A DNA stretch of 63,881 nt, counting the filler, from Octopus bimaculoides (lineage: Eukaryota), in the NCBI RefSeq assembly GCF_001194135.2. It is 4 parts of 4 records of this genome, joined end to end, with 100 filler letters (N's around TTAATTAATTAA, not from the genome) between each part and the next. Parts side by side here need not be neighbours in the genome. Positions count along the whole stretch, not along the records: positions 1 to 24,434 come from NC_068983.1; 3 more parts are not named here. One strand, given 5' to 3'. This document shows, in pieces, positions 11,682 through 23,003 of the stretch. The position numbers and the translations under genes were made by a program. Under the pieces are notes generated by a model. It worked only from the letters and a program-made list of their open reading frames with translations, made no database searches and was not told where the DNA came from. The first letter of the stretch is position 1. Each line of letters opens with the position of its first letter.

Positions 11682-12500
11682 CACTGTACGAAAAATGTGT
11701 TACCCAGTTAGTAAATTCATCCACCTCACTTCAAATCAAACTATTTGCCTAAATATAAAACAAATTTGGTTCGGCGAGTGCCCTGTTTAAAGAAGCAACT
11801 TTCTTGAGTTGGGTTTATCCAACTTCTCTTACACAAAATCAACATTAAGTTTCTATTGTATTTATATTCTGCCCGTTCTGGGATCCTTTTTTAAAAAATT
11901 TTCTATGTTTTTATGGCTTGATAGAAACACTCACGTTGCCCTTCATAAACAGCTTCTAAACTGACAGAAAAGTAATCTAAATGACTGCAGAAGAGAGGGC
12001 AAGTTAATACGTGTATTACGTTCTATCTTTTTGATGGTAGAAAGTAATATGTTCCCCTGATCTTTGCAGTTTTCCTGAGTTGGTTTTGTCCACGTTAAGC
12101 AATTTAAAAAAAAAAAAACTTTTGAGAATGTTACCCAGACATTTTTTGTTTTTACCGGTCTAAGTAAATCCATATTTAATCAATGTTCTTATCTTAAGCC
12201 CATCAAATATGCCTGCCTTCAGTTTCTTTCGACTTGGAGTCATATGTTTTTATATGCGCTTAGAACAAAAAAACTTTCCGGTTTTTTAGAACATGTTGAC
12301 AATATTGCGCATTTCAATACTGATGTATGGTCCTTCCTTTTGGCTATTTCACCTGATGATCTTTAATCTTGACTTCCCTTAATTTCAAAAGCGAATTTAC
12401 GTGTAACATCTTTCTTTGACCACGCACTATACAAATCGTCTTCGAATCTCCACGTATTGGATTAAGAATTATTAGAGACCTTCCAGTACCTCTTTCATGG
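11682..12500 (-). pseudogene. Chapaev3-like (CMC) transposase C-terminal relic
   Basis: Minus strand gives KKLKAGIFDGLKIRTLIK, NVWVTFSKV and SHLDYFSVSLEAVYEGQRECFYQAIKT, matching KLKAGIFDGPQIR...HSHLDxFPENLGxxSEEQGERFHQDIK. A possible CAC terminus lies at 11682. The superfamily name is from recall. Confidence 0.6.
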
Positions 12501-13739
12501 TTTCATAACTCTGTTTTTGATACACCAAGCAGTTAATCGATACAGAAGCAAACATATTTCCTAGTCTTCATAAGAAATTTCCATGAGATGGGTTATAGGA
12601 TTTACAAGCTTTCTCAGATAATAAATTGTCAGTTACATATTTTATGGATCTTTAGAGAGATGATTTCTAAAATAAGATTTTTAGGTTTTATTATATTTTT
12701 CGTCTTAGAGTAGCAAAAATGCTACCTTATCCCCTCTCTCTCTTTCTCTCTCCTCTCTCTTTTATTTATATACCTGTTATATACACATGCATGTGTGTAT
12801 GTATGCGCGCGCTCGCATAAGAGGTCTCAGTTTGAGACATAGCCTTCGTTAGATTGTGATCACCAGGATTTCAGCACCTCACAGAAGAATCACTGTTTCC
12901 AATGAAACACAACATTGATGCTACGGTTTTCCGTTACCATCTCCTGCATCAGATCAATTGTCCTCCTATGCCTCCTATTTTATCTTGCAAGCTAGGTGAA
13001 ATATTGTGGGTATAGCCTCTAACTGATAACATCCTATTCCTATAGGAAACATACTACTTTTCTCATTTTGATTCCTTAAATCCTTAATATCTGAGACCCT
13101 TCTTTTTTTTTTGTCCGCACACCAATGTTCCTTCTAATGATTTTGTCAACACAACAATAAAATATGCAGAGCAGAAAGTCGTAGAATTGCTTCTTTATTG
13201 CAATACAGTTCGTAAAAACGGATTCTTCCTTCAAATCAACCTGTATCCTACTGACATTAAAATCAAAGAGAATTCTGAATTTTTATTACTCTTTACTCAC
13301 TTCACCTTGCAAAAAAACAACTCTTTGGAATTTAGTGCCGATTTTCATTGCATTGTTAATACTGGTTTGTGTTTTAGTGCTTAAGTTAGAATGTTCAAGA
13401 CTAAGTTATTCCTCCCAGCATACCTTGCAAAGAACGACATGCATATTACCAGAATATATTCCAATAACGTATAGCCTTCACAGCAATGACAAGTAGCAAT
13501 TTTACTCCAGTCTCATCGTTTAATATTGAAAAGGGTATATATCGTACATCACTCGCAAAAGAAATTATTAACTGGTTGTTTTTGTGCTACATATTCTCCT
13601 CTCTAATGTCCTTTACATAGCTCTTGCTTGTGACAAATTCTTTCATAAACACAGTTTTAATTGTATGGCTGGCCTTTTCCATCTAACGAATTTCTTTGCT
13701 TAAATGAACAAAATATCTCCCCTGTCGTGATTTATAAAA

Positions 13740-14780
13740 AAATATACACACACATTGTCGTGATGAAACCACCGCTCTCCACTTTGCCACAGATCAGGGC
13801 GTTTTCGTCTCACTGCGTCACGCAAATGCTTCAGAATTGCCAAGTAAAATGTTTAGTTAGCAGTTTGACCAGGAGGAACAAATTCTGTGTGGACAATTCC
13901 TTTTGTATCAATGATACAAATCAGCATTGTCTTGACATCGGACTTCACTTGACGGCCTTTTGGGGGGGGGGGCGTGGTGACATTGAATGCTTCCATTGAC
14001 TTGTACACTGCTTTGTTTCCGGGACTCAGCCGTAGCACCAGCTTTGGGCACCCGTGATGGCTTTTGATAAAGGTCTGGATCAACTTCCAACTGTTCTTTG
14101 AGTTCAAGACACGCGAACAGTCGTAACTACTTTTGATCTTCCTTGAGCAAAAATTGTACTGCAACTCATTTCATTCGCAATTCCTCGCTCAAAATTTGTT
14201 GCCAGGAGCTCCAGGATACACCGGTTACATCAACAAGTTCGTCAATTGTTTGGTGACGTTCAACCAAGATCAGCTCATGAATTTTTGTGATGTTTTCATT
14301 CGTTCGGGTGGAGAGGGGAGGGGGGTTGACAGTCGCTCTGAACGAAGTTGGTCTTCAAGCGACAACTCACCATTCCTAAAGCATGAAGACCACTCGTAAG
14401 CTCGTGCTTTGCTCATGGCAATATCCGTGTAATTTCTTTGAAGCAGAACAACAGTTTCGGCCGCCGTTTTCCCCAGCAGAAAACAGAATTATACGGAAAC
14501 ACATTATTTCACGGAAGCACATTATTTCACGGAAGCACAATGTTTCACGGAAGCACGCTGTTTCAAGGAAGCATGCTGTTGCTTCGTTTCAGCCATCGCA
14601 AAATGCATATACGCACAGGCAGCATTGTACATTTGCCGTTCATTTTCTTGTGAATTTGTCGTTATTTCTGCTATGTTTCAGGTTCAGGTTGACAATACTG
14701 ATAATGCCAGTGATATCTTTAAATCTGATAAAATTATTTCATAGAAAAAAGTTTTGTTTTTACTTTCAGAATGAGAAGTA
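13740..14780 (-). mobile_element. mariner (DD34D-type) element, decayed, C-terminus missing
   Basis: FCFLLGKTAAETVV..AMSKARAYEW..GELSLEDQ.RS N-terminus, then KSDVKTMLICIIDTKGIVHTEFVPPGQTAN. Confidence 0.85.
14493..14582. repeat. 18-bp minisatellite x5 inside the mariner 5' coding end
   Basis: acggaaacacattatttc / acggaagcacattatttc / acggaagcacaatgtttc / acggaagcacgctgtttc / aaggaagcatgctgttgc. Confidence 0.9.
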
Positions 14781-15549
14781 AATAATAATAATACCGAAGA
14801 AAACAGCAAAAACATTTATCCCTTACATGCTCTATAGATATTTTAAAATCTGTTCAGGATTATATTAAGTGTTCATGCACCAGTGTTAATTTGCGAACAA
14901 TAGTACTGAAAGACATGTCCAACCACATTTATATACGACAGCTCTTTCTCCTCAGACTGCCATGGTAACTATTCAATTCACTTTTTTAATGTTGTTGTTT
15001 TTTTCTTTTTTATTTGATTTTATTCATAAGTGGGCAGCTTTTAACGAAGAACCACAATCAAGTAGTATTAACTGTCACGAAACAAAAGGAAAGTTCTGTA
15101 ATTATTTATATTAAAACCAATAAAATGCATCTTGTTAATTACAACAAAGTGACAATATATATTTGATATAATATTCATTGCTTACACTGTCTGGCCAGAT
15201 TACTGTAGGCAATTATTTACATGGGCAATTTTTCATAATATCTCCCCATATATAGATAACTATAATAAAGTCCATTATGAAGAATATTTTATGACTTCTG
15301 TCTATTGCTTCGTAAATTCTAATAACTGTATGTGTTAATTGGAAAGTTAACGAAATGGTATATAACATACATTTAGAACCTTAGAAGTTTGGTACTTATT
15401 TGTAGGCTTTAATCAATTCATAGCCTGTTTGATATATAGTATATAAAACTAACTATTCATAAAGATGTGTATGTGTGTGTATCTGTGTGTGTATGTATAT
15501 GTGTCTGTATCGGTGTTTGTGTATATTTCATGTGTATTTTAGGTGAATA

Positions 15550-15900
15550 TATTCACCTATCCACCACTGGACGAATTAACATGGATCCCATCATATATCA
15601 CGCGAAGTCTGTATTTTATTTCCCATCTCTATACCCAAATCATTATATTAAGATGTCCTTCACTTACATCCTTATCCTTGTTCTTATTTTTACCCCTATT
15701 CTTCTTTTACTCTATTTTAAAAAGACAAACACACTGTAGCTATTAACTGTTTTTATATGTTAGCCCCCACCGTACAACCACCTAGACCCTCTGAAGAAGC
15801 CTAGAGGCACATTCATTATCCAAGCCTTACCTGCTCATCTCTACATAACACTGAAGAGATGGAGATAAACCGGAAGATTTCGTTGCCTTTTGGCATAAAC
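15550..15900 (+). mobile_element. Possible PLE 3' terminal relic
   Basis: Two decayed CTGAAGA core words (about 15791 and 15851) in a C/T-rich tract. No convincing ORF. Confidence 0.25.
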
Positions 15901-16158
15901 GGCCGTAAGGAACTAGTACCTACACACTCATTTGGTTTAACTGACTATCTGTTCATTGACACAATTAATTACTTGTTCCTATATGGTCATATGCTTCCAC
16001 ACCCTTGTTTTTGAAATTACCAACACTTTCGATTTGGTAATCTGTTCCACTAATACATGTGTATGTACTCATCAAATACATTGGAATAAATAGACATACT
16101 AGAATGTTTACCGATTGATGTCAGTCGATTTTTTTGTCTTCTCCACTTCCTTATTTAC

Positions 16159-16213
<55 letters not shown>

Positions 16214-16328
16214 NNNNNNNNNNNNNNNNNNNNNNNNNNNNNNNNNNNNNNNNNNNNNNNNNNNNNNNNNNNNNNNNNNNNNNNNNNNNNNNNNNNNNNN
16301 NNNNNNNNNNNNNNNNNNNNNNNNNNNN

Positions 16329-16365
<37 letters not shown>

Positions 16366-16454
16366 CAAGTGGAGAATGGGGAAACAAACACAAGAAGAAG
16401 CAGGTTAATTGGGCTAGCTAGCCATTGATTTAATTATGTGGAGATTGTATAATG

Positions 16455-17365
16455 ATTCATTGACGATCATTTCGATGTGCCAATTTGATTGGCAGATCTC
16501 TTCAGAATGTTGAGAAGTATGTTAAAGTTCTTGGTGTGAGAGATGCAGGAATAACAGTTAGGGGATATAGTAATGCATATAGTGGTATAACAATAGAGTT
16601 AGGTAAAGTTAGTCTTACATTTTAGTCGAAGTTGTGTTAATAACCTTTCTGCGAGGGGGAGGTAGGGTGGGTGCTGTTCAAGCTCAGAGTTCCAATTTTG
16701 GTCAAACGCATTCCGCATACTCATTTGTAGTTCTCATTATTCAGGCACTGTTTGGTTGGTTGGTTGGTTGGTGTCTTTCTGTGCGTTGTTGGGATGGTAG
16801 TTCCGGTAGTTTTGTTATTAATATTTTGTTCAGTTTCTGTTTGTATTTTCGAATAAAGTATTCTTCTTTGGTCTTACAAAATGTTTATTTTCTGTCCATA
16901 GTGTTCATTGCAGACTGCGTGTCTAACGGAGTAGTCATGGATTTGTTGTTTAGTACCCTTATTCTCTCATATAGTCCAATACATGTTTCACCAATGTAGT
17001 ATTCTTTGAATTCGGGACATGTGGCACAGTAGATTAGGTTTCTGGATTTGTAATTCATATTTTCATTTATTATAAAAGTGTTGTTGTATTTATAGATCTT
17101 CTAAATCGTGTTGCTTTGTTGCAGCTGTTCTTATTGACGTTGTTGCTGCTGTTGTGGTATTCGTCACTGTGTCGGTTTTCCCTGTTGCTTGCTGTCAAGT
17201 TTTAAAATTCTTTAGACAGTTAGTGCTGACCATATGTGACGTCTGGACCTTTTACGTTCTACCATACCTTGCAGTTGTAATGTCTGTTACATATGGAATC
17301 TTGTTCAGTAATTCAGATTCTACTTGGGTTAAGACTTGTATTCCCATACCGCTTCTAAACGATTA
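16455..17365 (-). mobile_element. Penelope-like element: GIY-YIG endonuclease C-terminus and 3' terminus
   Basis: Minus strand translates NYKSRNLIYCATCPEFKEYYIGETCIGLYERIR...KEEYFIRKYKQKLN and ends in a hammerhead motif. Confidence 0.8.
16458..16509 (-). ncRNA. Minimal type I hammerhead ribozyme
   Basis: CAUU-CUGAAGA-[GAUCUGCCAAU caa AUUGGCACAUC]-GAAA-UGAUCGUC-AAUG. Core intact, long stem II (one C.C mismatch), palindromic GAUC in stem III, GUC triplet, 4-bp stem I. Confidence 0.75.
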
Positions 17366-17399
17366 AAGAAAAGAAGGCAACGCAAGTTGTAAAATTAAT

Positions 17400-18365
17400 G
17401 ACATTAAAGGTGGTAACTAAATATCACAATACATCTTTTTTCTGTATTTTCAAGAGGAGGTACAACCGTTGTCAATTTGTTACCCCCATTAACTCTTTCT
17501 GTGAACGAATAAACTGAATTTGATGATAACATTCGTTTACTTACTATCAGTGAAAACGAGTGGTAATTTTTTGTCTCAAAACGAAGTTCTCAAAAACAGT
17601 ACTCAATACATACAGTACTTATTCAGCTTGTATCATTTCTTCCATTACGATTGCCATTTTAACAAGAAATTTTCAGTCCTTGTTCTTATAGTGTATAGAA
17701 ATGACCGTGGACGTTAATATGCACATTGCATGAGCTAGCAGATCAAGTTCAACCTTACATGTTCAAAGTAGACTAGTTTAATTTATAATCACAATATTTA
17801 TAAACAAAATACCAGTAATATTATAAACTCAATCGACTATTTCCCGCCTATCAAAATAAAATTTCTTTTGCATTTCTAAAATATATCATTATTACCATTA
17901 TGGTGACAAGCTGGATAGTTTCAGATGCAAGTTAACATGTAAATGTAGTTGTGAGGCAGATTCTAATACTTAATATTTTTCTAATGACCTTCAGAAAATA
18001 TTGATGTCACAAAACGATCTTTATTTTTCGAGTACAAGTTTTTTTGTTTTTTTTTCCTTTGGAAGCTTGATTTTTCATTAACGAAATCTAACCGTTCATG
18101 CTTATCTTTATGTATGTGGCTTGTGTAGTTAATAAAAAGCAAAATTCACGAGTTTCCCAGCATTTTCACCTCTAGTTTGTTTCGTAAGTATGTAAGCAGA
18201 TGTTATAAAAGCAGTGAGATTGGCACAACGACAGACATATTACTTCTGTCATTCTTAAGATGCTGAAGAAATAATTTCCAATACTGAAGTTGAAACAATC
18301 GATTCAGTTCTAGATTTTTATATGTCGCATCCATCATGTCAATTTCCTCATCATACCCTTTACTT
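17400..18365 (-). pseudogene. Mutator/MULE-like transposase relic
   Basis: KGYDEEIDMMDATYKNLELNR..WKLFL..VVPISLLL resembles the first catalytic-Asp motif (ExxxMDATY..KLF..LPLG) of MULE transposases. Downstream similarity is weak and the left boundary uncertain. Confidence 0.45.
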
Positions 18366-18627
18366 TGATATATATATATATATANNNNNNNNNNNNNNNN
18401 NNNNNNNNNNNNNNNNNNNNNNNNNNNNNNNNNNNNNNNNNNNNNNNNNNNNNNNNNNNNNNNNNNNNNNNNNNNNNNNNNNNNNNNNNNNNNNNNNNNN
18501 NNNNNNNNNNNNNNNNNNNNNNNNNNNNNNNNNNNNNNATACATATATATATATATCGATGTATCAGTTCTTACAGATACACGCGTGCATATATGTGTGT
18601 GGTGCCGGTGGGTGGTGGTGCGCGTGC

Positions 18628-18659
<32 letters not shown>

Positions 18660-19224
18660 CATATATTATGATGCAAGCGTGTATAAGAAAGCTAAGTGAA
18701 GTAAAATTAGATATTAAAAAAATATTTCTAGAAGGATGTAACTTCTTTTGGGGGTGAAACAGGTGGAGCATCATCGAGCAACGTTTGGGCCAAAATTATG
18801 TTAGTACTTATGATCATTTCTATTGTACTAATTACTGAATGGCTATATTAACTACATGGTATGTGAGCAATTTCAACAATTTCTATTGACAGGACTATTA
18901 ACATTGGCACTAGTATCAATAACAACAATTATGCCTCGACAGCAACATTAATACACATTGCTTTTTTATTGGCATTGATCATTGATTTTAAACTGGCAAT
19001 TACTTTCTTGTGTTCTGTGTCTGGCGTCTTGAACAATATCGATGATAAATTAGTCTTGAGCTGGACATGAAAATGCTTTAGGTTATATTTTAGTGATTTT
19101 TTTAATGGAACAATTGATCGATTAAGAGAGACAGTTTAAACAATTAATATGAATACTCGACTATTTCTGTAATTCTACTCAAGAGCATTGAGGCATATAC
19201 GTGTACAAGACACTTTATTACTCG

Positions 19225-19277
19225 CAGATAGATAGACAGATAGAAATATAGATAGATACATACATACATACAAACAT

Positions 19278-19316
<39 letters not shown>

Positions 19317-19345
19317 AAGACAGATAGATAGACATACAGACAGAC

Positions 19346-19395
<50 letters not shown>
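19225..19395. repeat. (GATA)n/(GACA)n/(TACA)n compound microsatellite
   Basis: Directly visible. Confidence 0.95.
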
Positions 19396-19396
<1 letters not shown>

Positions 19397-19710
19397 AATT
19401 ATGTCCATGTACAAAAAATTCGTTTTAAGCTACCTTTGTGAGTGAAACCTCCTACTAAAGTGATAGATTACCATAAATCATGAGAAAATTCTACATTTCA
19501 GAATCGCTCGCGGATTTCCCCTCTTAAATTTACACATCCGGAGAAGAACCCAGCTTGGTTTTTCCATTAGCACGCGCTTCGAATTATTTCTTTGACATAT
19601 AAATATATTTATTTTAAATAAGTGTATATTTCATTCAATAATTAGAACTTCCTGATTCATAATTATTTCAACTTTCTATTATAGCAACTGTTTTTATACC
19701 GTTAATATAC

Positions 19711-19749
<39 letters not shown>

Positions 19750-19934
19750 TGTGTGTGCGTTTCTGCGTGCGTATATGTATGTGTGTGTGCGCGTGCATGA
19801 TTTTTCTGCATATGTGCGTGTGTATGTGTATTTGGGAGTGAGAGATACAGACAGAGAAACATTAAAGCAAGGTTGTTTTCAACTCAACATACCGCAAATG
19901 AAACACTCATAATGGTTATAATTCACTTCATTAT

Positions 19935-21400
19935 TTTCAGGAAAATATACTTCCAGAAGGAGGGAAAAGGACATAAGATCAGGCCTCCAAATAAAATATA
20001 TGAGATAGATGAAAGATGGAAGGGATACTGGGAGCTGGCCACGGATTTGGGAAGTCTAGCAATTTTTCCACTTATAAAAACAACAAAAAGACCAGACTTA
20101 GTCATATGGAACACAGAACAGAGAATAGAAATCTTGCTAGAACTGACAGTACCATAGGAAGAAAACATCGACAATGCAGAGAAACGAAAGGAGAAGAGAT
20201 ATGAAAAACTAATCGAAGAGTGCAGAGAACAGGGATGGACTGTCGAGTACTACCANNNNNNNNNNNNNNNNNNNNNNNNNNNNNNNNNNNNNNNNNNNNN
20301 NNNNNNNNNNNNNNNNNNNNNNNNNNNNNNNNNNNNNNNNNNNNNNNNNNNNNNNNNNNNNNNNNNNNNNNNNNNNNNNNNNNNNNNNNNNNNNNNNNNN
20401 NNNNNNNNNNNNNNNNNNNNNNNNNNNNNNNNNNNNNNNNNNNNNNNNNNNNNNNNNNNNNNNNNNNNNNNNNNNNNNNNNNNNNNNNNNNNNNNNNNNN
20501 NNNNNNNNNNNNNNNNNNNNNNNNNNNNNNNNNNNNNNNNNNNNNNNNNNNNNNNNNNNNNNNNNNNNNNNNNNNNNNNNNNNNNNNNNNNNNNNNNNNN
20601 NNNNNNNNNNNNNNNNNNNNNNNNNNNNNNNNNNNNNNNNNNNNNNNNNNNNNNNNNNNNNNNNNNNNNNNNNNNNNNNNNNNNNNNNNNNNNNNNNNNN
20701 NNNNNNNNNNNNNNNNNNNNNNNNNNNNNNNNNNNNNNNNNNNNNNNNNNNNNNNNNNNNNNNNNNNNNNNNNNNNNNNNNNNNNNNNNNNNNNNNNNNN
20801 NNNNNNNNNNNNNNNNNNNNNNNNNNNNNNNNNNNNNNNNNNNNNNNNNNNNNNNNNNNNNNNNNNNNNNNNNNNNNNNNNNNNNNNNNNNNNNNNNNNN
20901 NNNNNNNNNNNNNNNNNNNNNNNNNNNNNNNNNNNNNNNNNNNNNNNNNNNNNNNNNNNNNNNNNNNNNNNNNNNNNNNNNNNNNNNNNNNNNNNNNNNN
21001 NNNNNNNNNNNNNNNNNNNNNNNNNNNNNNNNNNNNNNNNNNNNNNNNNNNNNNNNNNNNNNNNNNNNNNNNNNNNNNNNNNNNNNNNNNNNNNNNNNNN
21101 NNNNNGAACCTCCTGGAAAATAACCATAGCGAGGGACATTCCACAGTTGAATTAGAACAGTCACAAACAGTGAAAGAAGACATGCACCCAACACCAGAGC
21201 TGAAGACACCTCCGAAAGGGGGTGGCCCCGCCACGTCAAAACGGTAGAGGAGTAGGGGCCGAAACCGGACGTGGTTCCTCCTGATGATGTCTTGAGCTAA
21301 CTGGATCCTATAAAGGAGCTGTTGTGGTAGCAGACCACGAAACATGGTTGAAATTCCTCCTAGATTCAATTCTTCCGTTATATCTTAGTGACCTCCTCTG
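19935..21400 (+). mobile_element. HERO-like RLE non-LTR retrotransposon 3' portion (spans an 850-N gap)
   Basis: WELATDLGSLAIFPLIKTTKRPDLVIW..ILLELTVP*EENIDNAEKRKEKRYEKLIEECREQGWTVEYY is a PD-(D/E)xK domain with a W-to-stop change. After the gap comes TSWKITIARDIPQLN* and a structured UTR. Confidence 0.8.
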
Positions 21401-21492
21401 GAGATGCAGAAGTTTTATTATACACTTTTTACATCAATTTTGTGTGAAACATGTACAAAATAGAATTATAATATGTTTGGCTGTATGTGAGC

Positions 21493-21791
21493 GTGGTGAA
21501 GGTACGTGGCTTAATGGTCAGGTTATGCGGCTCACGATCGTAAGGTCGTGAGTTTGATACCCAGCAGTGCGTTGTGTCCTTGAGCAACACACTTTATTTT
21601 ACCTAGCTCTATCTCACTCACGTAGCTCTATCTCTTGTCATATTCTGTATCACGCTGAATCACCCAGAGAACTACGATGAGGGGACGCATGTTTGTAGGG
21701 TACTCATACACTTACGCGTTAATTTCACGTGCAGGTTGTTCCGTTGATCGGATCAACTGGAACACACGCCGTCATAACCGACGAAGTGCCA
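21493..21791 (+). mobile_element. SINE family B' (tRNA head + CORE-like segment + family B tail)
   Basis: A box tggcttaatggt, B-box-like gagtttgataccc, gtgtccttgagcaacacactttatt, tail ...gttccgttgatcggatcaactgga...gacgaagtgcca. Confidence 0.85.
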
Positions 21792-21799
21792 GTTTTATA

Positions 21800-22910
21800 T
21801 GAGCGCACGAATACTCAAACTGGTAGGATTGTCGATGATACAATATACTTTACGAAAGTGTTCAGTAATTTCTTATATCTACCACTGATCAAGATTACAA
21901 AGTACTGGATTTCGATATTATCTTCAAATAAAGATATTTTCGACATAGCGGCTCCCGCTTACAATGGAGCGCTAGCGGCCAGCGGGTTCAAAGAGAATAT
22001 AGTATATATAGCAGGCCTGAGCAACCATAAAAGGAAACGCCACCGCAAGACTTTATGGTTCGCTCCCCACTTCTCCCTAAACGTCCGGACATGCGTAGGT
22101 TAGATTTTTTTTAGGTTGGTTGATAAGCATTTTACTCGATCACAAAAATATAGAAAGATCTTTCAAGACATAATCTAAGAATCTTTTTCAGTTGTGCACT
22201 CAATGTTAAGGAAAATTTAGTTAGCACTCCTAAACTACGGACACAGGCAGGCTGTTCATGCAGGATTAGAAATGAATGCCGAGTGGACGGCCGATGTAAC
22301 ACCGAAGCTACAGTGCACCAAGCAAAGGTAGCCTCAAACAGAAGAAGCACAAAAATCAGTAACATCAATGCTAACACAGGGACACACACTAAAATTTATG
22401 TCGGATCTTGTGAATCCAAATTTAAAATTCGCCTGAACAACCACAAATCTTCTTTCAGGGTCCCGAAGAGACGCAACACAGCAACACTTACAGCATAGGT
22501 ATGGCACCCAAAGGACGATCATACGCCTTTTAACATCAGGTGGAAATTATTGAAAACTTGAGTACCCTATTGCAATGGAACAAGACTGTAAATTGTGTAT
22601 GACAGAAAAATATATTATCCTCATGAACTCACATGAGCCAGGAGGCTACCTGAACACCAGGACGGAAGCCGTGGGGAGTTTTCCACATTTTCGGAAGTGT
22701 TTACCTCAAAACTGGAAGACCTGGCTACCAAGCAAAGGAAGACAACTCGCCCGGCCATAATTTTTTATGAGGAATATTTCTTGAACTATCACCGGCGTTC
22801 TTGTGTTAAAAAAAAACATTCTTTGCAGAGAACGCTTATCGTTTAGAAGAACTGAAGAAATGTCTAATTCACGCTAGATATGAAACCAATGTTTTTTCTA
22901 AACTATTACG
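21800..22910 (+). mobile_element. Penelope-like element (Naiad/Chlamys-type motifs): RT thumb, GIY-YIG, 3' hammerhead
   Basis: LSSNKDIFDIAAPAYNGALAASGFKENIVY, RKTLWFAPHFSLNVRTCVG, CSCR..CRVDGRC, KIYVGSCESKFKIRLNNHKSSFR, CKLCMTEKYII, LNTRTE; frameshifted. Confidence 0.85.
22841..22903 (+). ncRNA. Type I hammerhead ribozyme with long stem I
   Basis: GUUUAGAAGAA-CUGAAGA-A-[AUGUCUA auucacgc UAGAUAU]-GAAA-CCAAUGUU-UUUUCUAAAC. Confidence 0.65.
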
Positions 22911-22922
22911 CTACATATACAA

Positions 22923-22967
<45 letters not shown>

Positions 22968-23003
22968 CGTGTGTGTGTGCGTGTGTGTGTGTGTGTGTTT
23001 ATA

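Noticed and set aside
14493-14582. Regular short repeats as a CRISPR-like array
   Set aside because: Contiguous tandem units without spacers in a eukaryotic transposon. No CRISPR array is present anywhere in the window.
15785-15880. Two CTGAAGA words as hammerheads
   Set aside because: The first has a stem but no GAAA; the second has GAAG and no stem I or III. Too decayed.
21224-21280. HDV-like ribozyme
   Set aside because: P1/P2 pseudoknot topology is present, but there is no P3/L3 consensus on plus, and no P1.1, P4 or J4/2 catalytic C on either strand.
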